Position numbers and translations under genes: made by a program. From positions 119,717-183,716 of the forward strand of contig CAZJBV010000001.1 in NCBI GenBank assembly GCA_964544585.1: a DNA stretch of 64,000 nucleotides. The letters run 5' to 3'. Position 1 is the first letter of the stretch; each line of letters starts with the position of its first letter. The stretch is from an uncultured Gammaproteobacteria bacterium. GTDB lineage: Bacteria > Patescibacteriota > Microgenomatia > 2-02-FULL-39-11. Under the pieces are notes generated by a model. The model ran no database searches and was not told the DNA's origin. It worked only from the letters and a program-made list of their open reading frames with translations. Shown here piece after piece: positions 17,839 to 27,507 of this stretch.

Positions 17839-19026
17839 AATTTTACTATACTATATTTAGTGAAAAATATTTTAATTCTATTTGCTATTTTAATTTTTAT
17901 AGGAGCGGGAGGATTTTATTTTTGGACATCGAAGAATAAAAATACTCCCCCTTCCCCCATTCAACAAATTCCTTCTGTTTCTCGCGAAAAAATAGATAGT
18001 GAAAGTCCACCTATAGCAGTAGTAGCAGAAAATCTTGAAGTGCCATGGGCAATTGCTTTTTTGCCTGCCTCGCCGGCAGGCGGGCCAGACGGGGGAATGC
18101 TTGTAACAGAAAGACCAGGAAGAGTGAGATTTATTGATAATGATGGAAAACTAGATTCTACTCCAGTTGCGACTATAGATTCTGTCAATGCCGTTGGAGA
18201 GGGAGGACTGATGGGAATTGCGCTCCATCCAGATTTTGAGAAAAATCAATATGTATATCTTTACTATACTTATGATGGAAGTGGTAATAATACTTCAAAT
18301 CGATTGGTGCGGATGAGATTTGAAAATAATCACTTGGCAAACGAAGAAATTTTGGTAGATAGTATTCCAGGAGCAAGCAATCATAACGGAGGAAGAATAA
18401 AGTTTGGACCGGACGGATTTCTTTATATAGGAACGGGAGATGTCCAAGAGCCGTCACAATCACAGAATAGAAATACACTGGGAGGAAAAATTTTGAGAGT
18501 TACAGACACTGGTAAACCGGCGCCAGGAAATCCATTTGGAAATGAAGTTTACTCTTATGGACATAGAAATGTGCAAGGACTGGCGTGGGATAGTCGCGGC
18601 CAGATGTGGGCGACGGAACACGGACCATCAGGAATTTGGCCAAACTGTTGCCAGGATGAAATAAATCGAATTGAACAGCAAGGAAACTATGGGTGGCCTC
18701 AAAGTGTCGGAGATAAAGTTGCCGCTGGAACTGTTGGTCCTATGTTTCATTCAGGAAGAGATATTTGGGCACCGAGCGGCGCTTCCATTGTGGGAGACTC
18801 ATTCTTTTTTGCGGGTCTACGAGGAGTCACTTTGTATGAGGCAGTTATAGAAAATGGGGAGGTCACTGAGGTAAAAGAGCATTTCAAGGGACAATTTGGA
18901 AGATTGCGGGAGGTAGTTGTCGGGCCTGATAATATGCTTTATATAACAACTAGCAATAGAGATGGAAGGGGCAAACCTCAAAGCGGTGATGATAAAGTAA
19001 TAAGAGTGAATCCTAATCTTCTTTAG
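17824..19026 (+). CDS. PQQ-dependent soluble sugar (aldose) dehydrogenase, YliI/SGDH family, membrane-anchored
   Basis: Carries beta-propeller motifs (PWAIAF, GRVRFID, NHNGGRIKFGPDG, YSYGHRNVQGLAWD, YGWP) after an N-terminal TM segment. Confidence 0.75.
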   Translation: MFYSHNFTILYLVKNILILFAILIFIGAGGFYFWTSKNKNTPPSPIQQIPSVSREKIDSESPPIAVVAENLEVPWAIAFLPASPAGGPDGGMLVTERPGRVRFIDNDGKLDSTPVATIDSVNAVGEGGLMGIALHPDFEKNQYVYLYYTYDGSGNNTSNRLVRMRFENNHLANEEILVDSIPGASNHNGGRIKFGPDGFLYIGTGDVQEPSQSQNRNTLGGKILRVTDTGKPAPGNPFGNEVYSYGHRNVQGLAWDSRGQMWATEHGPSGIWPNCCQDEINRIEQQGNYGWPQSVGDKVAAGTVGPMFHSGRDIWAPSGASIVGDSFFFAGLRGVTLYEAVIENGEVTEVKEHFKGQFGRLREVVVGPDNMLYITTSNRDGRGKPQSGDDKVIRVNPNLL

Positions 19027-19074
19027 TCCCCCTTTTAACATTTAAGCGTTTTTTCAGAGTGGTCCTGTAATATA

Positions 19075-19404
19075 TTGCCAAGATTGGATGTAGAGAAAGT
19101 ATTTGATGAGCACCATCAAGAAATGCAGGCAAAAATGCAGGAGCAATTTGAACAAAGACTCTCTCAACTTGTAAGTGAGGAGAAAATTACAGAGGCCCAA
19201 AAAGAGCTAATAATCAAAAAGCATGAAGAGTTGAAAGCAGAAAAAGAGTCGCTCATGGAGGCGGGGAAAGATAAAACGCCTGAGGAAAGAAAGGCTCTGA
19301 TGGATGAACACAGAAAAGAACTGGAGACTTGGGCAGAAGAAAATGGGATAGATCTTCAATATATAATGTTTGGAAAGATGGGATTTGGTAATAGAATGAT
19401 GTAG
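19075..19404 (+). CDS. hypothetical coiled-coil protein
   Basis: A charged helical ORF with no motif. Confidence 0.3.
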   Translation: MPRLDVEKVFDEHHQEMQAKMQEQFEQRLSQLVSEEKITEAQKELIIKKHEELKAEKESLMEAGKDKTPEERKALMDEHRKELETWAEENGIDLQYIMFGKMGFGNRMM

Positions 19405-19457
19405 AAGTGATACTTGAGGGGAGTTGTGGTGGTGGGAAAGTGATAAAGTCCTTAAAA

Positions 19458-19748
19458 TCAGATGGGTTCTAAACTGCTGAGATTTGAGACTCCGAAAAAA
19501 GAGGACGCAATAAGAGTTATGGACCATAGAATGAAGGTTCCAATTAAAAGCGCCCATCCAGCTAGACTCAAAAGAGTTTTCTTCAAATATTTTTCTTTAT
19601 CATCCTGGGCCTGGCTAGAAATTAATTTTATGAGAAAAATAATTGCTAAGGGACTACCTATTATAATCCACAAAAATCCAATTAACGCTAAGATAATTAA
19701 TATAAGACTGAATCCCGCTAATACTATTGATCCAAATGTTGGTGTCAT
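19458..19748 (-). CDS. hypothetical small membrane protein
   Basis: Three predicted TM helices. Confidence 0.35.
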   Translation of the reverse strand: MTPTFGSIVLAGFSLILIILALIGFLWIIIGSPLAIIFLIKLISSQAQDDKEKYLKKTLLSLAGWALLIGTFILWSITLIASSFFGVSNLSSLEPI

Positions 19749-19935
19749 TTCTTTTTTATTTAATTATAATATTATAACATTCTGTTGATATAATCACTTT
19801 TTATGAAAAGCTATAGAGAGTTTGCGCTGGAATTGGCTTAAAGAGCTAAGGAAAATGCTGAAGTGTACTTGAAAGTTATTAAACAAGTCTTGTAGATAAA
19901 TAGATTACAATTAATAAAAATGACTTTACAAATAC

Positions 19936-19964
19936 TTGACAATTAATTTTTGTTAGTTTACAAT
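19936..19964 (+). promoter_or_regulatory. near-consensus sigma70 promoter (TTGACA-17 nt-TACAAT)
   Basis: TTGACA at 19936-19941, a 17-nt spacer, then TACAAT at 19959-19964, 12 nt upstream of the 19976 ATG. Confidence 0.65.
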
Positions 19965-19975
19965 TATGATTACCT

Positions 19976-21010
19976 ATGAATACTGTAGAAGCAATCAACG
20001 CCTTAGCTCGACGGAAGAATGTATTTAAAACCTCAGATGTAATTCGGATACTTGGGGGTAATGTGTCGCGTCAATTTGTAAGTCGTATACTGCGAAATCT
20101 GGTTTCTGAAGGACAACTCGTTAAGGGCGGCTCTACAAAAAGTGCAATCTATGCCCTTCCCCAGAATGCTACTTTTTTAAGAATTGGAACGAGAAAAAGA
20201 CTATTAAATAAAAATCTTAAGGAACATGAAGTATGGGAGAATCTGAAGGAGCAAACTCCTTTAATCAATAACCTCCCAGAAAATATTCAAAGCATACTTG
20301 ATTATGCTTTTACGGAAATGCTTAATAATGCTATTGAACATTCCCACTCTGATTATATTGAGGTTGGATTGAAAGAGGAATCCCGCTTTATTCGCTTTAT
20401 CGTTAATGATTTTGGAATAGGAGTATTTAGAAGTGTGATGAAGAAGAGAAAACTCCATTCAGAGCTTGAGGCGCTACAGGATCTTCTCAAAGGTAAAGTT
20501 ACAACACAACCCCAATCGCACTCCGGGGAAGGAATTTTTTTTACATCTAAAGTAGCGGATATTTTCATATTAGAAAGCTTTGACTTAAGACTTCGGATAG
20601 ACAATACTATTTCTGACATTTTTGTTGAGGAACTTAAACCTAAAAAGAATGGTACTAGGGTAATTTTTAGTATTTCCAAAGAATCTATTAAGCATTTAAT
20701 AAATATTTTTCAAAAATATCAATCCACAAAAGATACCTATGCATTTGATAAAACTGAAGTTCATGTTCGTCTATATACAATGGGAACGATATATATATCG
20801 CGATCACAAGCTAGGCGTATACTAGCAGGTTTAGAAAAGTTTAAACTTGTAATATTGGATTTTGACCGTGTTCCAACTATCGGTCAAGCTTTTGCTGATG
20901 AAGTATTTCGAGTGTTTAGAAATTTGCATCCTGAAATAGAGATTCGGCCAATCCATTTGAATGAGGCAGTCCGGTTTATGATCGAAAGGGTTGAACATGA
21001 AAAATTATAG
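19976..21010 (+). CDS. wHTH - GHKL ATPase - DUF4325 (STAS-like) domain protein
   Basis: An N-terminal winged-helix domain, then a HATPase_c-like N box (EMLNNAIEHS) and G box (DFGIGVF), then a C-terminal STAS-like block typical of DUF4325. Confidence 0.55.
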   Translation: MNTVEAINALARRKNVFKTSDVIRILGGNVSRQFVSRILRNLVSEGQLVKGGSTKSAIYALPQNATFLRIGTRKRLLNKNLKEHEVWENLKEQTPLINNLPENIQSILDYAFTEMLNNAIEHSHSDYIEVGLKEESRFIRFIVNDFGIGVFRSVMKKRKLHSELEALQDLLKGKVTTQPQSHSGEGIFFTSKVADIFILESFDLRLRIDNTISDIFVEELKPKKNGTRVIFSISKESIKHLINIFQKYQSTKDTYAFDKTEVHVRLYTMGTIYISRSQARRILAGLEKFKLVILDFDRVPTIGQAFADEVFRVFRNLHPEIEIRPIHLNEAVRFMIERVEHEKL

Positions 21011-21767
21011 AGAATTTTCAGAAGAGATGGCCGGGAAGGCGGGGAAAATAATACGGGAGAATTTTTCGTTGGGGATGAAGAAGGAGTGGAAAAAAGATAA
21101 TACTCCGGTTACTATGACTGATAAGGAAATTAATCGCATGATTATAGAATCTGTTAGAGAAAATTTCCCTGATCATGGGGTTTTGGGAGAAGAAGAAAAA
21201 TATAAGATAGATTCTGAATATGTCTGGGTTTGTGATCCTGTCGATGGCACAATCCCATTTTCTCACGGAGTTCCACTTTCGACATTTTCACTTGCGCTTA
21301 CATTCAGAGGAGAAAGTATACTTGGTGTCATAGTCGATCCATTTATGAATAGAACTGTGATGGCCGAAAAGAATAAAGGCGTTTATCTAAATGGAAAAAA
21401 TATTCAAGTATCTAAAGCTGAATCTATTAAAAATGCAATTGTTGCAGTCGAATATATACCCAGTTTTCCTCACGATCTGCATCTCGTCAAAAATAAATTA
21501 ATAAAAAAAGGGGCTTATGCATACTCAATCTATTCTGTATCGTATTCGGGAATGATGATTGCCATGGGAGAGTTTTTAGGTGTTGTAAGCAGTGTAATTT
21601 CCCCATGGGATGGGGCGGCGGTGAAAATAATTGTTGAAGAAGCGGGAGGGAAAGTGACAGATCTTTTTGGTCAAGAGCAAGATTATACAAAAGAGATAAA
21701 GGGATTTATTGCGAGTAATGGAAAAGTACATGATATATTGTTAGAATTGTTGAGAAAAAATATTTAG
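20991..21767 (+). CDS. inositol monophosphatase family protein (SuhB-like)
   Basis: Has the GEEE, WVCDPVDGT and later WDxAAG motifs. Confidence 0.8.
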   Translation: MNMKNYREFSEEMAGKAGKIIRENFSLGMKKEWKKDNTPVTMTDKEINRMIIESVRENFPDHGVLGEEEKYKIDSEYVWVCDPVDGTIPFSHGVPLSTFSLALTFRGESILGVIVDPFMNRTVMAEKNKGVYLNGKNIQVSKAESIKNAIVAVEYIPSFPHDLHLVKNKLIKKGAYAYSIYSVSYSGMMIAMGEFLGVVSSVISPWDGAAVKIIVEEAGGKVTDLFGQEQDYTKEIKGFIASNGKVHDILLELLRKNI

Positions 21768-21844
21768 TTTATAAAAATGGGTGGTGCATATTGCTTTTAC
21801 CGATGTGTCTAGCTTGTACACCCCGGGTGTGTGTATCACTTTTA

Positions 21845-22420
21845 TCAATTCTTGGCGCTTTTGGGGTCTTGAAGATCAGCGTATTTGTGCTCGTCTTTTC
21901 TCCATTCAAGTTCGAATGGTTTTTGGGGTTCATAGAGGGCGGCGAATTTTGCTGTTTCGTCGACCGGGAAATCGGTCGTGAGCATAAAATTTTCTATATC
22001 TTTGTCTTTGGCGGTTTTATAAAAAGGGGTGGCGGCGGCAAAAACCTCTTCCTTTTTTTCGGTAAGACTGGGGGTTACTAATATGCGATAAAAGTCTGAA
22101 TAATCGAGAATACGAGCAAATTCGTCGGCTCTCATTTCGGGATCAAATGTAATCCACGGATCATTCCAATATATTCTTTTTAAGGGAACATAAGAATGAA
22201 ATAATACCGGCATGATGATAAGGACATCATCGATGCGGAAGTCTTTGTTTTCGTATTCATTTCTAATCAAGCGAATATCCATGACAATTTCGGCGATTGT
22301 TTTTTGGAGAAGGTAAAATGGATGGATATGGACGATTTCTTCCTCCACTACAAGCGGAACCATGGCGATATAAGCTTTAGGGGGAAATTTAGGAATGCGA
22401 TAGCAATACTTCTTAAGCAT
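21845..22420 (-). CDS. hypothetical protein
   Basis: ORF trimmed to the internal Met so it does not overlap the upstream small gene. No motif. Confidence 0.35.
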   Translation of the reverse strand: MLKKYCYRIPKFPPKAYIAMVPLVVEEEIVHIHPFYLLQKTIAEIVMDIRLIRNEYENKDFRIDDVLIIMPVLFHSYVPLKRIYWNDPWITFDPEMRADEFARILDYSDFYRILVTPSLTEKKEEVFAAATPFYKTAKDKDIENFMLTTDFPVDETAKFAALYEPQKPFELEWRKDEHKYADLQDPKSAKN

Positions 22421-22445
22421 ATATGGAACTTTTGGCAAGTAATTT

Positions 22446-22706
22446 TTACTTCTTCCCAGATTTCTTGGAAGCCTCCCTGCTTGCTGGAGAGGCGGGCTTG
22501 GGTTTGTCTTCGAGCTCTTCATCGTCTGTGACAAGAATAGAAAAAAGGATAAAGCCGGCGAAGATGGGCATAATAAGAGTAAAGCGGGTTACTTCGTCGG
22601 GAACGACTATTAAAACTCCTATTGTTAAAACTATACCAACGACTGCTGCCCAAGTGATGAGTTTGTTATTTTTATAAAACTCTTTTAATTTCTTGTCCAT
22701 AACCAT
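22446..22706 (-). CDS. hypothetical small membrane protein
   Basis: Two TM helices and a charged C-terminal tail. Confidence 0.35.
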   Translation of the reverse strand: MVMDKKLKEFYKNNKLITWAAVVGIVLTIGVLIVVPDEVTRFTLIMPIFAGFILFSILVTDDEELEDKPKPASPASREASKKSGKK

Positions 22707-22743
22707 CTTTATAGTAGGTGATCAATGATATAATTGTCAAGTT

Positions 22744-23613
22744 ATGAAATCAGGGTATGTGGCTCTTGTGGGTCGGCCAAATACAGGAAAATCAACTCTA
22801 CTAAACAATATTCTGCAACAAAAAGTGTCGATAACATCTCCTTTGCCGCAGACGACTAGATTTTCTATTCAGGCTGTGTATGAGGATGACCGAGGACAAA
22901 TTGTATTTATAGATACGCCTGGGATATTTGGAAAAGTTGAAGACCCTGTTTCGAAAGTGATTAATCCAAAGGCAGAGAAAACTCTTAAAGAGGGAGGTGT
23001 CGATGTGATTGTGTATTTAATAGATCACACCAGAGATCGCAGTTTTGAAGAGAATAAAATTCTGGGGATGGTGAGAAAGATTGCTAAACCAAAGATACTG
23101 GCTTTTAATAAATCTGATATCAAAGAACCGGACTTTTATCCCCATTATCGCTTTATGGAAGAAGAATTTGACAAAACAATCCATATATCGGCAATGTTTC
23201 GACACAATTTAAATTATCTATTGGATGCGATATTTGCTTATCTGCCAGAACGAAAGAAAAAACTAGTTGATACAACGGACCGCCCGACACCCCTTCTTAA
23301 TATGGATAGTAAGATGTATATCGCTGATATAATCCGGGAAAAAGCTTATTTATTTTTGCGGGATGAAGTACCGTATTCATTAATGACAAAAGTCGAAGAA
23401 GTGGAGACGAGGGAAAATGGAATGGTTTATATTAAAGCGTCAATTATTACTACCCAAGAAAAATATAAAAGTATGATTATCGGATATAAAGCCCGAATGA
23501 TTAAAGAAATCGGAATGGCGGCGAGAAAAGAGCTTGAGACCGCCACAAATAAAAAAGTCTTTGTCGACCTCACCGTCGAAGTCAATCCCCATTGGACGGA
23601 GGAGTTGGTTTAA
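22744..23613 (+). CDS. era: GTPase Era
   Basis: Has the G1 motif GRPNTGKST, DTPG, NKSD, and a C-terminal KH domain. Confidence 0.9.
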   Translation: MKSGYVALVGRPNTGKSTLLNNILQQKVSITSPLPQTTRFSIQAVYEDDRGQIVFIDTPGIFGKVEDPVSKVINPKAEKTLKEGGVDVIVYLIDHTRDRSFEENKILGMVRKIAKPKILAFNKSDIKEPDFYPHYRFMEEEFDKTIHISAMFRHNLNYLLDAIFAYLPERKKKLVDTTDRPTPLLNMDSKMYIADIIREKAYLFLRDEVPYSLMTKVEEVETRENGMVYIKASIITTQEKYKSMIIGYKARMIKEIGMAARKELETATNKKVFVDLTVEVNPHWTEELV

Positions 23614-24443
23614 CTTTCACTAGATTTTCTCAAGAAAATATTAATACTGTTTGCGACTTCTTTTGGTTTTTCCCAGAAGGTCATGTGGCCAGCTTCCGGG
23701 ATGATTGAAATTTGAAGATTTCCGTTTTCTAAAGGCCTTGCATATTGTGGCGGTGCAACTTTGTCTTCTTTTCCATAAATAAGTAGTGTAGGTATATGAA
23801 GACTTCCTACTATTTCTTCTAAACTAGTACTACTGAATTCAACACCCATATCTATAAAGGCAGAAATTCTCATTTTTTTCTTTCCTTCTGTACCATAGGT
23901 ATCTACAAGAGTCTTATCAAATTTGTACATATTCATATATTTTGCCATAAAATATGCAAATTTTTTTGATACTACAATCCGTCGCAATATTTTTTGAGTA
24001 AAAACTGTTTTATCTAATGATCTTAGAGTTTTCCTTAAAAGAGAATTAGCTGAAAAATTGGTTCCTTTTTTTAACGGAGGACCGATAAGTATCAGTGATT
24101 TTACCAATTCTGGGAAGTTTTTTGCTGTCATGGATGCTACGAACGTACCCATAGAAAAACCCATAACCACAACGGGTGCAAGATTTAATAATTTAATGAA
24201 ATCTGCAATATAGAAAGATTGCTTTTTTAGTGTGTAGGTATGCAGGTCTCCCGAGTCTCCATATCCTGGTAAATCTATTAAATAAAGTTTATTATTTTTC
24301 TTTAGATGCTCGGCTAACGGTAACCATCCTTTCCAGTTGTTCGTCCATCCATGTATCAAAATTATTGGACTTCCGTAACCTACTGTTACAAAGTTTAGAA
24401 ATATTCCATCTATTCTAATTTTTTGCGGAGATATATTTTGCAT
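23610..24443 (-). CDS. alpha/beta-fold hydrolase
   Basis: Has the HGW oxyanion region and the GFSMG nucleophile elbow. Confidence 0.7.
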   Translation of the reverse strand: MQNISPQKIRIDGIFLNFVTVGYGSPIILIHGWTNNWKGWLPLAEHLKKNNKLYLIDLPGYGDSGDLHTYTLKKQSFYIADFIKLLNLAPVVVMGFSMGTFVASMTAKNFPELVKSLILIGPPLKKGTNFSANSLLRKTLRSLDKTVFTQKILRRIVVSKKFAYFMAKYMNMYKFDKTLVDTYGTEGKKKMRISAFIDMGVEFSSTSLEEIVGSLHIPTLLIYGKEDKVAPPQYARPLENGNLQISIIPEAGHMTFWEKPKEVANSINIFLRKSSES

Positions 24444-25003
24444 AGTTTCAATGCACGGGCTCTGTGACTGATTTTGTCTTTTTCTTTTTCTGAAGCTTCC
24501 CCAAATGTTTTTTCCAAATCATTACTCCAGAAGATGGGGTCGTAGCCGAAGCCGTTGAGACCTTCCATGTGGTCAAGTATTTTTCCTTTGGCTTCCCCAC
24601 GAAATAGTGATACCTTTTTGGTTGTCTTATCGTAAGCGGCTACTACTGCAACATATTTTGCGGATCTTTTGTTTGGTGGAATTTTTTTGATTTTTTTTAT
24701 GATAACATCGATTCGATCTTGATCCGAACCTTCTGTATGACGAGCAGATTTTATTCCTGGCCAACCTGCGAGCGTATCAATTTCGAGTCCCGAATCTTCA
24801 CCAAGAGTCAAAAGTCCTGACTTCTCGCCTATTGATTTAGCTTTTAATATGGCGTTTTCTTTGTAAGTTTTTCCTGTTTCGGCAATATCATCTTTTATGC
24901 CAATATCCGAAAGTGTTTTTATCTCGTAGGAAATATCTTTTAAAATATTTTTAATTTCTCTAATTTTTCCTTTGTTCCGGGTGGCGAGGAGGAGGATTTT
25001 CAT
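24410..25003 (-). CDS. rdgB: non-canonical purine NTP pyrophosphatase (RdgB/HAM1)
   Basis: Has the TRNKGKIREI and GFGYDPIF motifs. Confidence 0.8.
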   Translation of the reverse strand: MKILLLATRNKGKIREIKNILKDISYEIKTLSDIGIKDDIAETGKTYKENAILKAKSIGEKSGLLTLGEDSGLEIDTLAGWPGIKSARHTEGSDQDRIDVIIKKIKKIPPNKRSAKYVAVVAAYDKTTKKVSLFRGEAKGKILDHMEGLNGFGYDPIFWSNDLEKTFGEASEKEKDKISHRARALKLCKIYLRKKLE

Positions 25004-26439
25004 GAAGGTAATGATTGCAGGCGTTTTACAACCTCACCCTTGCCTAATATTTCCATAGACTCATTTAAGGGTGGAGAGATTTTTTTGCCGGTGATGGCTA
25101 CTCGGACTGCCATAAAAAAGTCGCTACTTTTGTAGCCCTCTTTGGCGACGAGGTCTTGCATTGCTTGGCCGATAGACGGGGCTGTCCAATTGTTTATCCG
25201 CTCTAAAGATTTGACTAATTGGGCTAATTGGTCTTTTTTGGAAGAAAGATCGATTTCACGTTTTTCGGGGCGGCGGAAGAAAAATTCACACAGAGGTAGA
25301 TAGTCTGATAATTTTTTAATACGCTCCTGAATTAATGGAATCGTCTTTTCGACAATATTTTGGTCATATTTTTTTCCAATAAAGTCTGTAATTTTAAATT
25401 TTAAATTTTCAATTTTGAATTTGCGTATGTATTCTCCATTCATCCATTCAAGTTTCTTAAGATCAAATGCTGGACCAATTGGCTTAACATCCTCGAGTCT
25501 AAAATTTTTTATCATTTCGGAGAGAGTAAATATCTCTCTTCCATCGGGCATAGACCAACCCATGAGGGCAAGAAAATTTAATATGGCTTCGGGGAAAAAA
25601 CCTTGCTCTATATACCATGATGCCCAAACGGGATTTTTTCTTTTTGAGAGCTTGCTTTTGTCGGGATTACGCAAAATCGGTCCATGGGCAAAAATGGGGA
25701 GAGGCCAGCCTAAAAATTTGTAGATGAGAATATGTTTGGGAGTTGAAGAAATCCATTCTTCAGCACGGATGACGTGGGTAATTTTCATAAGATAATCATC
25801 GACAACGACGCCAAGATGATAGGTTGGGTAGCCGTCGGATTTTAAGAGTACCTGATCGTCTATTAATTTATTTTCGAATGTTATTTTGCCGCGGATGACG
25901 TCGGTAAAATCTGTTGTTCCTGAATCAGGAACGTTGAGGCGGATGACGTGTTTAGTATTAGGTTGTAGGTTGTAGGTTGTAGGTTGTAGGTTTTTACAGT
26001 GGCCGTCGTACATGGGAGGCAATCCTTTTGCGGCTTGGTCTTTTCTCATTTGTTCTAATCTTTCCGGTGTACAAATGCAATAATAGGCATGACCTTTTTG
26101 TACTAACTCTTCGGCGTATTTTTTATAAAAATCTAGTCTTTCTGATTGCCTATATGGAGCATAGGGTCCGCCTATATCCGGACCTTCATCATAATCTAGG
26201 CCAAACCAATGAAGAGAAGTTAAGATCCTTTCCTCTCCCCCTTTTACTAATCTTGTTCTATCTGTATCTTCGATTCTGACGATAAATTTTCCTTTATTTT
26301 TTTGGGCAAAAACGTAATTTAAGAGCGCTGTATAGACATTTCCGATATGAAGATCTTCTCCGGTTGGGGAAGGGGCGATGCGAACACGAACAGCATGCAT
26401 AGACCGTTTGATAATAGCATAGGGACTTACTATACTCAA
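25000..26439 (-). CDS. gltX: glutamate--tRNA ligase
   Basis: Has the HIGH-type motif PSPTGEDLHIGN and the KLSKRK motif. The true start may be the internal Met 13 codons downstream. Contains two in-frame simple-repeat tracts. Confidence 0.85.
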   Translation of the reverse strand: MSIVSPYAIIKRSMHAVRVRIAPSPTGEDLHIGNVYTALLNYVFAQKNKGKFIVRIEDTDRTRLVKGGEERILTSLHWFGLDYDEGPDIGGPYAPYRQSERLDFYKKYAEELVQKGHAYYCICTPERLEQMRKDQAAKGLPPMYDGHCKNLQPTTYNLQPNTKHVIRLNVPDSGTTDFTDVIRGKITFENKLIDDQVLLKSDGYPTYHLGVVVDDYLMKITHVIRAEEWISSTPKHILIYKFLGWPLPIFAHGPILRNPDKSKLSKRKNPVWASWYIEQGFFPEAILNFLALMGWSMPDGREIFTLSEMIKNFRLEDVKPIGPAFDLKKLEWMNGEYIRKFKIENLKFKITDFIGKKYDQNIVEKTIPLIQERIKKLSDYLPLCEFFFRRPEKREIDLSSKKDQLAQLVKSLERINNWTAPSIGQAMQDLVAKEGYKSSDFFMAVRVAITGKKISPPLNESMEILGKGEVVKRLQSLPS

Positions 26440-26442
26440 TGT

Positions 26443-27507
26443 ATGGCGACACTTACTGAAGTATCAGTGATAACAAGAAAATTGATTATGTGGATTGTGA
26501 TTGGAATTGTAGCTTATTTTATCCTGCGCGTCGTATTTTCCTTTGCCGTATCTTATTGGCAAAGTTTAAATCCGGTAGAGGAGGCTCCACCTACTGTAAT
26601 CTTTGGGCCCATACCTCCTCCGCAATTTCTAGATACACTGTCTAAAACTGCGGGGCTTAATCTTAATCTTTTGACGATTGAGGGTGGACCACAAGAGGCG
26701 ACGTCTACTGGTAAGGTGTATTTCATGCCAAAAAAACTCCCTTCTCTTTTGACTTCTAAGCGGGCACGAGAAACTGCTGGAAGATTGAAATTTAGTGTCG
26801 AGCCGGCAATTGTATCATATACATTATATCGCTTCAGTGAGGGGAATAGGACTTTGGAACTGGATACGGTGAATAATAATTTTGTTTATACTTATAGATA
26901 TCAATCTGATGATTCCTTTTTTTCCCAAAATACTGCAATAGAGACGAATAAAGCCTTGTCTTTGACGACGGCATTTTTCCAATCGGCCGGAATTGTTGAC
27001 AGTTCTATTTATGCTAAAAATAATGTGGTCCTTTTATCGTATTCGAAAGAGACGGATATATTTACGCCGACTACAAATATGGAGGTAGCAAATGCTGCCA
27101 GGGTAAATTATTTCCGTGCCGATGTAGACGGCCTTGCCCTTTTGCCTCCTGAATATAATTTAAGTTATATATACGCTGTTGTATCTCCCAGTAATGATGA
27201 AAGTAAAAAAATTATCCGGGCGGAGTATAAATTCTGGCCGATTGATTTTAATAATTTTGGCACTTATCCACTCCGGACGTCGCTGTCTTCCTGGGAAGAT
27301 ATAAAAGAAGGACGCGGAGTGGTGGCAACATTTGGGCAAAATCCAAAAGAGGGAGAGATTATCATCCGGAAGGTATATTTGGCTTATTACGACAGCGGCA
27401 TGCCCGAAAACTACCTCCAGCCAATATTTGTGTTTGAGGGAGACAATGGCTTTATAGCCTATACCTCTGCTATAGATCCGCAGTATCTTACTCTACCGGA
27501 GAACTAG
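26443..27507 (+). CDS. hypothetical membrane-anchored extracytoplasmic protein
   Basis: A single N-terminal TM segment followed by a soluble domain. No motif. Confidence 0.4.
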   Translation: MATLTEVSVITRKLIMWIVIGIVAYFILRVVFSFAVSYWQSLNPVEEAPPTVIFGPIPPPQFLDTLSKTAGLNLNLLTIEGGPQEATSTGKVYFMPKKLPSLLTSKRARETAGRLKFSVEPAIVSYTLYRFSEGNRTLELDTVNNNFVYTYRYQSDDSFFSQNTAIETNKALSLTTAFFQSAGIVDSSIYAKNNVVLLSYSKETDIFTPTTNMEVANAARVNYFRADVDGLALLPPEYNLSYIYAVVSPSNDESKKIIRAEYKFWPIDFNNFGTYPLRTSLSSWEDIKEGRGVVATFGQNPKEGEIIIRKVYLAYYDSGMPENYLQPIFVFEGDNGFIAYTSAIDPQYLTLPEN

